From: Tubiluchus corallicola
Lineage: Eukaryota; Animalia; Priapulida
Direction: 5' to 3'
Assembly: GCA_030141605.1 (NCBI GenBank)
Contig: JAQGDQ010000436.1
Location: 133,950 to 197,949 of the forward strand
DNA length: 64,000 bases
Shown here piece by piece: positions 1 through 13,141 of the stretch. Made by a program: the position numbers and the translations under genes. Below the pieces are notes generated by a model. The model was not told the DNA's origin and ran no database searches. It saw nothing but the letters and a program-made list of their open reading frames with translations. Every line of letters begins with the position of its first letter. Position 1 is the first letter of the stretch.

Positions 1-770
1 TCTGGGAGCTAAACATTTAATCACTTGCCTATCGGTTTCCTTTTGATGCTCTAGTTGCAAATCGCGCTTTCATGCAGGTACAGTAATCAGCTGGTATTCC
101 TCGTGACTTACAAGAGTAAATATCATGCAGCAAATAAGAGCAATGTAAGTGAGCAGACGATTCAGAATTGCTTTAGTCATGCACAACAGCAGATTTTTAT
201 AATTACGAGAATTTTGTGGGTCAACTTCTTCGCAAGAAAATGAAGCAGTCGACTTTGAAGGAATTTCTGTAATTTTTGCAAATAAACAGACTTAGAAAAG
301 TCTGTGATTTAGAAAAGTATACTTTTCAATTTATTGCTAATTCACTTATATAAATTAGTATTTTAAAATATTTTTTCTAATTTTTAACTGCACAAAGGAA
401 TTTAGGTATTACTTCGTTTCTAAAATTCATTAAAAACCGTTGCAAGGCATAGTAAGCTGATGATTCATACTTCTACACCTGTGATACTACACCCATCAGT
501 TAATAGGTTCACTCGATTAATTGGGTCAAAACATGTCGGTGCCAAAGTGAGTCTATTAAATAGCATCTATTGTATTTCATAAAAAGGTTGTGGGTCTCTA
601 TGCAGTAAGATTCACTAGACTCGTGATGTGCTCTTCTTTTATGATAGTTTCAACGAGACACTTCACGTTACTCTGTCAATCTACAAAGTTTAATGACAAG
701 TGTGCTGTGATCTCGAACCTTGTTGTAGTGTTCGTGAGCTGCATGATTTACGTTAATTTGGGTTTTCTAG

Positions 771-3700
771 GTACAAAAGCTACAGAGGGCAGCACTGAGA
801 GATCCAGTAAAAGTTGAAGTTTCGACAAAATACCAAACAGTTGAGAAATTGCAGCAGTTCTATATTTTCATTCCCACTAAATTTAAGGTTAGTTTATGTA
901 AATCTATTTGCAGAAGTGTGTTTTATTGATTTTTGCTGGTTCATTGTTAAAAATAGAATGCCGTACCCATTGTTTACAGGTTAGTAATTGTTAAGATCAT
1001 TATTTTTGTTTTGACATTACTAATGACTTTCATTAGATTTCATTCAACACTTTCGGGATTTCATTTTCATGGTATTGTTCACTGTGTAGCACTTATGTGC
1101 ACATGTAGTTTCCAGTTTTCAAAGACGTAAATTGACAATTAAACTTGGGGTTTAACGGTTACCCAAGAAAAGTAGATTGACACATTTCATAGAAGTCTTA
1201 TTAGGAAAGCTTTAAATATAAGATGGCCATACATAACCAAAAATGAAGATTTACACACTAGAACGAAAGAAATTTATTGGCGTTCAAAAGTTAAGATCCG
1301 AAGATTGAGATGGCTAGGACATCTTCTAAGATTACCAAATGAAGCACCAGTAAGAATCGCCTTAAGGGAAGCGTTAAAACCTTGCAAATGCCACCTGGTA
1401 AACCTAAAACAACTTGGATAGATAAGATAAATAAAGATGTTCAACAACTTCAACTAAATCTATCTTTAGGAGTAGAAGAACTCCCGTTGTTCGCTGCAGA
1501 TAAAAGAGGGTGGAATACTCTGATAAGTGTTGATACCTCAATACCTACATTAGGTGGAATGAGACTTTGAGAAACTGATGATTTTCATATCTCTAAAATT
1601 GTTTACATTAAAAATAAACCTACGGATAATTTATTGCTTATATGCTCAGGCAATAAATAGCCGGTGAAAGCTGCAATTGTTTCATTGTAGCGAAATTCTA
1701 ACCAAGAGTTAGATGCTTCAGATAAAGCTTTGTTTAATTATGAATAAACCCAGCAATTTTCTGTTCTGCGTCATGTTAGGTCTCCCAAATTAAGCATTAT
1801 TTGCAAGAAATCTTTGAACTCATCGCTTATCATCAGTAAAGAGAAAGAAGTAGCATAAAGCTATTAAAATTTTTTTTGTGAAAAGAATTGGCACGAGCTG
1901 TCAGTTCTCTTTAATAGTAGTAGGTCTTGTTCTAATATCAGAAGATGTTGAGGCATTAGCAGCAAAGTGCCCTTAAACAGATCCCAATTTTGTCTAGAAA
2001 TCCTAGTCTGGAAGTGTTTTTTTTCTGATGTAGGATCTTTGAAACAACTACACCTACATATGTACCATCAAGACATGGCTTCTAATATTTTAATTAATTC
2101 CTTGTTTACTTTTCTTTTAGGATTGCTATTTGGTTTCCATTTTGAATGATTTGGCAGGCAACTCTTTCATGATTTTCTGCAGTACGTGTAACAACACGCT
2201 GCGGACCGCCCTGTTGCTGCGGAACCTCGGTTTCAACGCCGTTCCGCTGCATGGACAAATGGGACAGAACAAACGTTTGGGAGCCTTGAACAAATTCAAG
2301 AGCAAAAGTCGCTCAATTTTGATAGCGACAGACGTGGCAAGCAGGTACTTGGCCTCTGTCTCTATTCACACCTTTGCAAATTCGCAGAATTTTCACTGAG
2401 AATTTTCTGATGGTGTTTACTTTTCTTGAATTTAAGACCTGCTCTATACTAGTCGAAGAGGAACTAGCTAAATTTGTTATCTCTTACTGCCATCTGGTGG
2501 TAACATTTGATCAAACTGGAAATAAGAAAGATTTTCCCCACAGAAGGAATAACAAATGCCCAGTGATGATGAAATTTCTAGATATTTCTGATGTTAAGCT
2601 AGGCACTGATTGGTTGGAAAAATTTGGAACGAACAAGTTTTAGGATTGATAGATAGTCTGATAGAAAGTGTGAATGTTTTCTGTGGAGTTTATTTGTTTT
2701 AAAAATTTCACTTACTTAACGTTAAACTTTGTCGTTGTTAATTGATTTCTTGAAGATTAGTCTGTTTTGAGTTTGTTTCTTGCAGCATTAGAAGTAGTAG
2801 ATACATCCATGTAGGATTTACCGTCCTACATATTATTCAAATATTGCTACATTTGGTGGACAGAGAAACAGCAAATTCTGGCTGTAGTCTTCAATAATAT
2901 ATAATAGATTATTGAAAGCACTTGTTGACCATTACTAATGATTGTCTTTTCTATTTTTACCTGTTTGTATTAATTGATTTTATCACTGCCAGATTAGACT
3001 TATAGAATTCAGTTTTTGTCCGTTGCTAATATCAGTTTTATTGTTTTCAGAGGTCTGGATATTCCTCATGTCGATGTCGTTGTTAATTTTGACATTCCAA
3101 CCCATTCTAAAGACTACATTCATCGAGTTGGTCGTACGGCTCGTGCGGGACGTAGTGGAAAGTCCATCACGTTTGTTACACAGTACGTTTTCATGCTAAA
3201 CTGCCTTTTAGGCTCATACAGAGAAAAAACCGAAGAGTAAACTAGATTTCTAGTAGCTCAGTTTGTTCAATGTAAAATTTCTTTTCATTTCTTGAAATTC
3301 AGTCAAATTCAGTCAAGTTTTGGGAAGTTTATTTTTTGCTAAAGTGTGCCTTCATTGCATAATCAATGCTTGCTATTGTTAACTTTTGGCAAAACAGTTG
3401 CTGTGATAGATTGTGTTTAAACTGTGTATTTAAATTGTGTTTGTGTTCTGTTAATGAGCTTGTATACCGTTTCATTGAAGGCAGGTTTATAGCTGTTCTT
3501 GTGACTGTGTTTAAATATCTAATGAGTGCTTAGTGGGGACGGCTTTGTTGAGGTCGAATGTTGTCTCATTGTCAAGGATATTACTCAAAGATGAGTTGCT
3601 AAACTGCTTACATTGTCTAGCCATGTCTGCATGCATCTAAATCAGCAAAACTTTTTCTGTTAGGCACCAATTCAGTTATTGAGTGTTGCCTAACTTTAGT

Positions 3701-4725
3701 TGCTAGGTACATGAGGATGTAAAATGTGACGATATGGATGCAATCATTTATCATTTGATTTGGTTGCTGTGCAGATATGATGTGGAACTGTACCAAAGGA
3801 TAGAGTATCTCATTGGAAAGAAACTACCGCTTTATAAAACGGAAGAACCCGAAGTGATGGTATTGATGGAGCGAGTGACGGAGGCCCAGAGAATAGCAAA
3901 AATGGTAATAATTGTAACAGACTTTTACAACTTCATGAATTAAAATTAAGTAAACTGTTCAATGTCTTTTTTTGCAAATCATATATTTGTTTTCATGTGT
4001 TTTGGTTATGCTTATAAAAGCCACTGATATGGTAGTTCATCCAGAAATATTTGTGTGTGTAAAACCACCATCTCAATTACAAACGAGATTCTATATTCAA
4101 TCTTAGCTATGGTGTTAGCTCTCTTAATATATCTGAATATTTATTATATATTGTGCTGTACAACTGCTGAAATAGTTTTTTTTTTGTTGTAATGGATATG
4201 CTCAGTGTTTGACATTTAGCGATAAAATTCCAGAACATTTGTTTTATGTAAATTTCAAGCCGAACAGCTTTACACCGAGATTTCGGAAGGGCCCAAGAAA
4301 ACCATACGTGTGCTTGCATAGCAAAATCGTCAATAAGTCGCAATTAAGCTTTTCTACTTATTCACATACCCTGAATCTTCATTTCATGAGAATAATTTCG
4401 ATACCAAGTTCATCACTCTATGTTATTTCTAAGCCTCGATCTTTCATGATCCGTGCATCTGTCAAAACCTGTTTGTATTTTCATTTTACCATGTTTTTGT
4501 TATTGTTATTTGGCACAAATGAGCCTTTTACTAATTTGTCTTGTCTGTAATTTCTTGTAGGAAATGAGAGATATGGAGGAAAAGAAAAAGACGCCTGGTA
4601 ATCGACACAAAGGTGTTGATGATGATAACGACGACACAGAGGAAGCTTTTGGAGTGCGGAAAAATTTGAAGAGATCTAAACAGCACAAACATGGCGGCAA
4701 ATTGAAAAAGAGGAAACAGTTTTGA
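771..4725 (+). CDS. DDX47: DEAD-box RNA helicase DDX47/Rrp3, last five coding exons (5' part lies upstream of the window)
   Basis: Exons 771-887, 2121-2344, 3051-3182, 3775-3904 and 4561-4725 have GT-AG ends and compatible phases. Translation: [24 protein letters not shown]...[18 protein letters not shown]...ATDVASRGLDIP...[16 protein letters not shown]...[10 protein letters not shown], then a basic tail. Stop TGA at 4723-4725; AATAAA at 4776-4781. Confidence 0.96.
1140..1570 (+). mobile_element. RTE-like LINE 3' fragment (degenerate)
   Basis: Broken frame reads TWGL...IRWP...[13 protein letters not shown]...[11 protein letters not shown], typical of the C-terminal part of RTE-clade ORFs. 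A related copy lies at about 37815-38652. Confidence 0.75.
4306..4450 (+). mobile_element. Truncated copy of the ~660-bp TIR element at 54485-55144
   Basis: gtgtgcttgcatagc...caattaagcttttct...gataccaagttcatcactctatgttatttctaag matches the left ends of the copies at about 42648 and 54485. Confidence 0.7.
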
Positions 4726-5254
4726 TGATGCGCATATTTGTAATTTTTAGTAATCTTGTACAGTTTCAGATTTACAATAAAGTTTTTATTTGTGACATAT
4801 TTTTTTGCTTTTCGATATTTTTAAACAGCTGTCATGAACAGAGATAAAGCTATTGAAATTAAACTCTAGGTAATGTTATGTTGGGTGGAAACGGCATAAT
4901 ATTGTCAGTTCAACCTGTGTCAAAGTACTAGAAAAATTATTGTTGAAATATTTACTAAAACTTTTATGTGTTCTACATTAAGCGTGCATACAAGAATATA
5001 ATAATGTTAAGATAAAACGCATTTTACACAAAATTGCTTGTGTTTGACATTAATAATTGTTCAGTTTGTTAAAAAGTGACCTTCAAAGCTCTTTTTAATT
5101 TATAATCACTTCTCTTTCAAAGAGGTAAAATTTCAGTTCGTTTGTTGGGTTTTAAAGCATATTTTTAAAAAGTTTTGTGAAATGCATTAATTTTATTGAA
5201 AGAATTTATGTAGTAGCAGTAAATGATACATGGCTCTGCCAGAAATTATTTCCA

Positions 5255-7991
5255 CTAGCAAAAGCTGGTGAAACGGCTATCTATCCATGACCAGGACCAC
5301 CATCAGCCCCGTTCCCGTTCTCTAGAAATAAGAGGTATAAGTTTTGCAAAAAACGGCCGAAAAATGGCCCTTTTTGGAGGTTTTTCGCCCCCGTTCCTCC
5401 CGATTCGAAAAATAAACCCCAATGACATGACACTAGATCGAGATCTTTCGTTTGTTATATAGATCGCCGCAAATGGTGCCACCGTCGAAGCTGTAGCCTC
5501 GAATTTTATATATACACCAGCAAAATTAATATATAGAGTAGCAAAGGCCCCGCACAAAATTTTGCACATGAATACACTTATAATTGACAATGCGCGAACT
5601 TCTACCTAGTGTTCGTTTATTTTCCTAACGCAAAGCCAGTAGCAGCAGCTTTTACTGAATTAAAGTTATAAGGTTACAGACAGAATATAATGGATGACGT
5701 CAGAACAATGGCTTTGCGTCAGCAGTTTTCCAAACGAAAATTGCTAAAAATAGAACATCTAATTAACTCGTCCGCACTCTTTTTGGTAGATGTGTCCTAC
5801 AATATAGCCCACATCATCGTGTAGCCCTGACCTTGCTCTTTCTAAAGAGCTATATATCTCCTTTCGAGAGTCCCACCAGGCGCCGCTAGAACGTTTTTTC
5901 TGCAGGCTGTTTGGTCAAAATTTCGAAAAAATCGCGCGTTGGGTCCGGGAAAACGCGAATTCTAAATACACCTACCGCCGAACGGGCTATCTAAGCATTA
6001 TTGACACTGCTCTCGGCACATTCCCATTCTCTAGAAATAAGAGGTATAAGTTTTGCAATTTTTTGCAAAAAATGGCCATTTTTGGAGCTTTTTCGCCCTC
6101 TGTTTTTTCGGGTTGGCACGATTAGAAATAAACCCCTAATGGCACGATACTAGATCGAGACCTTTCGTTTGATAAATAGATCGCTGCAAATGGTGCCGCC
6201 GTCGAAGCTGTAGCCTCGAGTCTTATATATATATATAAATATATAAATAAATATATATATATACCAGTAGAATTAATATATACTAGCAAAGGTCCCGCAA
6301 AAAATTTTGCTTATAAACCCACGTATAATCAAAAATACGCAAACATCCTACCTAGTCCTCATTTATAACGCAAAGCTAGTGGTGTGTTTTGTTTCTCTCG
6401 GAAGGCTCGTAGATCAAAACACTTCATCAAATTAAACTAGTTTATTATGCGAGAATTCTACAACAGAAAAGTATGAAGGAAAGCGAAATGTTTACAGTTA
6501 AACGTTTAAGCGTATCTGCAGATACAAGAATACAAGAGAATGTGAGAGAATCAGAGAATGTGCGTGTATGCCAATGAACTTCAGCGGCCAGCTTCGCCTT
6601 ATATAGCTGTGCCAGGGAATAATCTAGAAAGAAACTTCTAGAAAATTCTACAAGGTAAGACTATTGTTCTACTATACAATGGAACGTTCTACAATGTTCT
6701 ATTTAATTCTAATAGATGCCAGCGATCTCCACAGCAGCGAGCAGCAGTTTGTACTGAATTAAAGTTATAAGGTTATAGACAGAGTATAATGGTGACGTCA
6801 AAACAATAACATCAGCAGTTTTTCAAGCAAAAATTGAGAAAAATAGAACATCTAATTAAGTCGCCGGCACTCCTCTTGGTAGACGTGTACTAAAATACGG
6901 CCCACATCATCGTGTAGCGCTCTTCTTGCTCTTTCTAAAGAGCTATATATCTTCTTCCGAGAGTTCCACCAGGCACCGCTGGAACGTTTTTTCTGCAGGC
7001 TGCTTGGTCAAAATTTCGAAAAGATCGGGAATTGGGGCCGAAAAATGTCTGTTACGGGACACCGAGGCCCTCTCGCGAATTCTAAATACATCTACTACAC
7101 CCACCACTGAACGGCTATCTATCCATGACCAGGACCACCATCAGCCCCGTTCCCGTTCTCTAGAAATAAGAGGTATAAGTTTTGCAAAAAACGGCCGAAA
7201 ATGGCCATTTTTGTAGGTTTTTCGCCCCCGTTCCTCCCGGCAGGCCCGATTCGAAAAATAAACCCTCAATAACACTACACCAGATCGAGACCTTTTGTTT
7301 GATATATAGATCGCCGCAAATGGTGCCGCCGTCGAAGCTGTAGCCTCGAATCTTATATATACACCAGCAAAATTAATATATAGAGCAGCAAAGGCCCCGC
7401 AAAAAATTTTGCTTATAAGCCCACTTATAATCAACAATGCGCGCACATTCTACATAGTGTTCATTTATTTATCTAAAGCAAAGCGAGCAGCAGCTTTTAC
7501 TGAATTAAAGTTTTAAGTTTATAGGCAGAGTATAATGGATGACGTCAGAACAATGGTTTTGCGTCAGCAGTTTTCCAAGCGAAAATTGCCGAAAATAGAA
7601 CATCTAAGTAACTCGTCGGCACTCCTTTTATTGGACGTGTTCTAAAGCATGGCAAACACAAGATCGGGAATTGGGGCCGAAAAATGTCTGTTGCGGGACA
7701 CCGAGGCCCTCTCGCGAATTCTAAATACATCTACTACACCCAGCACTGAACGGGCTATCTATCCATAGCCAGCACCACCATCGGCCCTTTCCCGTTCTCC
7801 AGAAATAAGAGGTATAAATTTCGCAAAAAACGGCGAAAAACGGCAATTTTTGGAGGTTTTTCGCCCCCGTTTGTCTCGGTTTGCCCGATTCGAAAAATAA
7901 GCCCCCAATGGCACGACATTAGATCGAGACCTTTTGTTTGATTTATTGATCGCCGTAAATGGTGCTGTAGCTCTGGCCTGTAGCCTCGAAT

Positions 7992-8027
<36 letters not shown>

Positions 8028-8046
8028 AGCGAAATTATTATATACG
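5255..8046 (-). mobile_element. Head-to-tail array of about four non-autonomous Helitron-like units
   Basis: Units start on + at about 5255, 5538, 6283 and 7385 with (c)tagcaaa and end in (TA)n-ccagc(a/g)aaattaatatata. Read on minus, they begin TCTATATATT and end near CTAG. They are homologous to 11001-11878. Confidence 0.75.
6380..6733 (-). mobile_element. Probable solo LTR inserted in a Helitron unit
   Basis: A 354-bp insert absent from the sibling units. On minus it runs TGTGGAG...TATATAAG...AATAAA...CA, the order expected of an LTR. No clean target-site duplication. Confidence 0.5.
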
Positions 8047-8049
8047 ACT

Positions 8050-8157
8050 AGGATTCTGGTTTTAAGTGTTGGGAGGAACCTGACCAGGATTCTGGTTTCA
8101 AGTGCCGGAAGGAACCTGACCAGGATTCTGGTTTCAAGCGTCGGGAGGAACCTGACC
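8050..8157. repeat. 36-bp tandem repeat, 3 copies
   Basis: Unit aggattctggtttcaagtgtcgggaggaacctgacc, directly abutting the Helitron array. Confidence 0.85.
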
Positions 8158-8546
8158 AGCAATGTAGGAAGAATTAACAAAACTTACAAAAGGAAAATTA
8201 TAAGCATCACTGAACTCTCCCAAGACTAACTACGAGAATACACATTGTAATCTGTACAATAATGACATCACAAAATCGTTTAAAACATTTTAGACGGTTT
8301 TAATTATATTTATTTCGAACATTAAAGCATACAAGCGAAAATTCTATAATATAAAAATTTAAATTTCTTAAACACAAGTAGTAAGTCAATATAATTCGAA
8401 TAGTAGAATACGTTATGGACTTTACACGACTGATTTGTAATATAAACAACAACGGACAAAATTAATGGTTTTTGTAAAAAACAAACAATTTTTCCTAAGA
8501 ATAAAACAACAAATAAAAAGGGTCACCAAAATTAAAACAAAATTTT

Positions 8547-10586
8547 TTAGCCTAATCTTTTTGTGCATAACTCAAGCATTTTGCATGCTGAAGTTGTAAA
8601 TTCTTTTCCAATAACACGCTTAGGATTCCGCGAACCACAGTACAAGCGTATGTACCTCCACTCATCCTCCAGAGACCAGATAAGACGATTGTCGCAGACC
8701 AACCACATACCTAGAAAATAAAATCCTTGTTAGCCATAGGCGTACGATGCTTGGGGTTAAGGGGGGAGGGGGCGATTGCCTTCCCACAGCAAAAGAATTG
8801 TATTTCAGGGCAAAAGCTAATTATTTTGAGAAGCCAATAATTACGTTTTAAAATTTTGAAATTTAAGATTTCAGTGTTCAAAAATTGCTTGCGTACTGCC
8901 TTACGCGCCTCTCTCTCTCTTCACTGCCTGCAACTAAAGATTTCTTTGTGTGACGAATTGTTTATAAACTTTAATAATTATAAAGCTATAATAATGCCTG
9001 CTATAGTTCACTAAACCTCATAAGTCCATTTTTCACTTGTTAAGCACATGCTCCTCAATGTGCTGGCAAAGTTATAGACGTGTTTGCAAAAGGAAAAACA
9101 TAATCTGGGTCACCATTATTTCTTTAATTTGAATTTGTCAAACGTTAGAAAAACTATTGTGAAAGTATTTGCATGTTTGTTCAGTGAAAATGCAAATCTT
9201 TGACTTGTGTCTTGTTAGACTAGTGATTTCTTAGTAAAGGATATTTATTATAATTTGGTGTTCTTGCATTTATTTATTATTACTATTGCAATTGCTATAT
9301 GGTGTGATGTCAGGAGCTGATTGTCTCCCCCCCTCAAATTAGAGCAACTTGGAAAATTTTCAGAGCAAATTTATTGTACCTCCCCCTTGTGAAACTTCCT
9401 CCCGTACGCCTATGTTGCTAGCATTTCTGTAATGAGTAATTTTAATAAAACATTCTGCCACGTGAAACATTTTGAAACCTTGTTCAGGACAAAAAATTGC
9501 GGAATTTGGTTTTAGTAATTTCTTTGAATTTTTGCTTAGTCACATCCTGTTAGCTGGAGCTTTGTTGTTCACCCACTGAATTAAGCAGTAAAATACATGC
9601 ATAAATTTACAAACATTTATTAGTTTTAGATTTACCCTGAGTAAATAAAGCAAAAATTACAATCTGCAAATCACGAAGCCTTCTGGTAATGCACGTTATA
9701 CAAGTTATACCAGCACACCAGGAAGGGGGGCTAGCTGTTTCAAACCTCCCCCGCACGAATTCTGGCTAAATAAACCTGAGGCCCGTAACGACTGTTTACC
9801 AACCTAATAACAGATTTCGTTTTTATGATTTCTAAAGGCAAGGATCTTTTTATAAAGGAGATTTTCCAATGTTTACTAGGGATTTTTTCGATATTTTGTC
9901 ACTTCTGTTTGCCAAAGGTGAAACTTACCTCTAACCATTATACTAACTTCAGAAGTGGAACGACTTGGGTGTAGCTCAGGCTTCTCTATGCTTTCCACCC
10001 CCTGTACATGTAAGAAAGAAAAGTCTGGATGTTGAGTCAGATCCAAGGCAGGAATTTTCAAATCTCGACTGCCAAAGAAAATGATCAGTACTCGTAGACC
10101 AGTTACTTCAGCAAAAGCTTGTGGGTGTATGTGCAAGAGCTCAGCATTATAAGCGAATGTAAGCCGTTCAACGGTACCTACAATAGCATTAGCATGCAAG
10201 GTAGTGAATTTACTTAAGTCTATAGATAATGTACGCACTGATTTGCCGGTAAAATTCATTCTGAAAGGATCTCCACCTGCTGATTCGTCGGTTATGAAAT
10301 GTTCGATATCCAGCTTACGTATAGGTTGAGGAAGCTTATCAGCTATATTCTGAATATCTTCAGGTTTCAAGCAATAACCTTCATATGGTGTTCCCCGGTA
10401 GCACTTTCGTTCTTGAACGTTTGGCCTGCAGACTATTGTACAATTGTCTCCACTGTAATAGCGTGTGATATGAAAGCATAAGTGGTGGTCAATCATTTCA
10501 CAAAAGTCTGAAAACCCTGGCTGAATGCACATGACAACAATAATAAATGCACCACAAAGGATTATAGAAACTTTAGGTGCCTCCAT
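8547..10586 (-). CDS. Secreted leucine-rich-repeat-like protein, 2 coding exons, about 273 aa
   Basis: Exon 1 runs 10586-9929 (ATG at 10586, hydrophobic signal-like MEAPKVSIILCGAFIIVVMCIQPGFS, donor G|GTAAGT). Exon 2 runs 8710-8547, is phase-compatible and ends TAA. It has a Cys-rich N-cap, degenerate LRR strands (IRKLDI, VRTLSI...FTTLHANAI, VERLTFAYNAELLHIHPQAF) and an LRRCT-like WLVCDNRLIW...C..RNPKRVIG. No transmembrane segment. Confidence 0.75.
8735..9414. mobile_element. hAT-like MITE in the intron of the LRR gene
   Basis: TIR cataggcgtacg...cgtacgcctatg; 8-bp flanks ttgttagc and ttgctagc (7/8 match). Confidence 0.8.
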
Positions 10587-11000
10587 CTTAGGTGCAAACA
10601 AGTCAACAAGTTAAGTTGGTACGCTTGACTGACTTCGAAAGGGATATTGAAGGTAGGAGACAAAAGTTTCAACTGAGCAAGAATTAGAATGTTTATGATG
10701 AATGTCAGCCATCACTAACAATAGACAATGCTGCACCGTAACTATGACAACATGACGTAATAATGTCTCTCGGTAACTTATTAGAATTATTATATGTACA
10801 GCAAAAACATTTCTTGAATATTCGGAAAAACTAAACCTAAACTATGCTATAATTGCAAAATGTTCAGGTTTACTTTCTTAAAATAACATTCGTTCATTTT
10901 TATCAGCGGCAATGATTTCTATTGAGTTTCTTTAAAAATTGAAAGTTTGGGATCGAGATTTTGGTGTCTGGATCATAATGACTGCAATCCATAATGACGA

Positions 11001-11878
11001 CTAGCAAAGGCCCGCAAAAAATTTTGCTTATAAACCCACTTATAATCAACAATGCCCGAACATTCTACATAGTGTTCATTTATTTACCTAAGCCTAAGGC
11101 AAAGCCAACAGGAGCAGCTTTTACTGAATTAAAGTTATAAGATTATAGGCAGAACATAATGGATGACGTCAGAACAATGGTTTTGCGTCAGCTGTTTTCC
11201 AAGCGAAAATTGCCAAAAATAGAACATCTAATTTACTCGTTGGCACTCCTGGTTGACGTTTCCTACAACATAGCCTACATCATCGTGTAGCCCTGTTCTT
11301 GCTCTTTCTAAAGGGCCATATATCTCCTTTCGAAAGTCCCACCAGGCGCCACTAGAGCTGTTTTCTGCAGGCCATTTGGTCAAAATTTCGAAAAAATCGC
11401 GAGTTGGGTCCGGAAAAACGCCCTTTACGGGACGCCGTGACCCTCTCGCAAATTCTAAATACGCCTATTACACCCACCGTTAAACGGGCGATCTATTCAT
11501 AGCCAGCACCAGCCATGGCCAGTTCCGTTCTTCAGAAATAAGACGTATAAATTTTGCAAAAAACGGCAGAAAAACTGGCCATTTTTGGAGGTTTTTTGCC
11601 ACCCGTTCCTCCCAGTGGGCCCGATTAGAAAAATAGACCATGAATGGCACGACGCTAGATCGAGACCTTTCGTTTGATGTGTAGATCGCCGCAAATGGTG
11701 CCATCGAAGCTGTAGCCTCGAATCTTATATATATATATAAGATTCGAGGCTGCAGCTCTGACGACGGCACCATTTGCGGCGATCCATACATCAGCCGCAT
11801 CTATATATATCACGTATATGTATCACATATACCATATCACATATATATATATATATACCAGCGAAATTAATATATAGA
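11001..11878 (-). mobile_element. Complete non-autonomous Helitron-like element
   Basis: Minus strand reads A|TCTATATATT...GCAAAATTTTTTGC (short hairpin)...CTAG|T: TC start, CTAG end, AT target, no TSD, no TIR. Confidence 0.8.
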
Positions 11879-12649
11879 TATACCAAGAATATTAATATAA
11901 TAGATGACAATAATTTATCAATTCAATTCAATTTTATTTGCACGAATACATACAATGTACATTGGCAGAGCAATACACGTTAAATACTGGCTGTGTGCAA
12001 AGTTATTTTCATAACAAATGTTAGGATATGGTATACTGTTACTAACATCACAGTTACATAAAAATTGTATAATTTAGCAATGGAAAAAGAAAAATGACCT
12101 AAAAGTAGTAAGTATCTGTACAAGCTTTTTAAGTGAAAGATTATTAAAATAAAATAATGAGAGTTACAAAAAAATTAGTTAGAGTCTGCTGCCAAAGTGC
12201 TGATTTCTTCTTCCCTAGGAATCGGAGTTGTTGCCAAAAGTTTCTTGCATTGATGTCGTAGATGTATAGATAGATGAACTGATGCGGATTACGATCCAAA
12301 CTTATAAATACATAACGCACAAAGCCTATAAAAATAAAATAAAAAACGATTAATAAAATGTACTTTATGCAATGTACAATTATACAGAAATGCTTAAAAT
12401 TCTTAACTCTTAAGCACTTGAATAGTTCAGAGATTTCCATTCAATTAAATTCAGTTTATTCACTCAAATATGTGATAAAAAAATCTTGGAAAATGGGCTA
12501 TGATTTATTATAACTATTACACAAAGTACTTTCAGTAAATTAACAGATAAAACCAAACAGAGAATTTTAATTAATAATTAACTAAGACTAATAATAGTAA
12601 AAGCTTACAGATATTTACATTAGACAAAATAATATTATGTGAAACCAGC

Positions 12650-13110
12650 ATTCCTCATTATTGTTTGTGTGTGGTATAGGGAGTTTTGTTTGATCTACAG
12701 AGCATGCATTCACTGATAAAGCTACCAAAATTGTTAAGGTCAGACTTATTGTTGGAGCAAAATAACCAAAATATGGAAAAAACCGAGCCCTTTAAAAAAG
12801 TAAAATTATAAAAATTATAATTGTTGTCTGATTTCTTTATATGCGGGGCATTCAAACACAAAGTGGTGCTCATCCTCTATTGGGTTTTGTATGTTATCTC
12901 TACTACTGATGCAGAAGGAACAGAGTCTTTCATTTTCTTTTTGGTTTATATATCTGCCTTTTTCAATTTGTAGGTCATGATCGCTTATTCTGAGGTTCGT
13001 TACCTTACATCTGTGTTGCTTATTAGTTATGGTTTGAAGGTATGGCTCTACATGGTATGTGTATTTCATGCTTCTGTAAAACCTTAACTTGTTCTTTCCT
13101 CTAGTTTTCT
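12650..13110 (-). mobile_element. CR1/L2-group LINE 3' fragment
   Basis: NKLRFY...EPYL...LRISDHDLQIEKGRY...ERLC..C...IEDEHHFVFECPAY is the zinc-knuckle-like C-terminus typical of these LINE ORF2 proteins. Confidence 0.8.
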
Positions 13111-13126
13111 GTTGTCATTAAATAGT

Positions 13127-13141
13127 CAACAGATGGCGCTA
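13127..13141 (+). promoter_or_regulatory. CTCF/YY1-like motif about 140 bp upstream of the HID1 ATG
   Basis: caacagatggcgcta resembles the CTCF core (CCASYAGRKGGCRS) and overlaps a YY1-like AGATGGCG. Motif match only. Confidence 0.3.

Noticed and set aside
5268-8180. ORFs inside the Helitron-like repeats
   Set aside because: Short, not preserved between copies, and without Rep or helicase motifs.
9876-9928. C-terminus of ORF 9876-10601 as shown in the ORF track
   Set aside because: A consensus GTAAGT donor at 9928 and an in-phase exon supplying an LRRCT-like cap indicate splicing. The real start is more likely the ATG at 10586.
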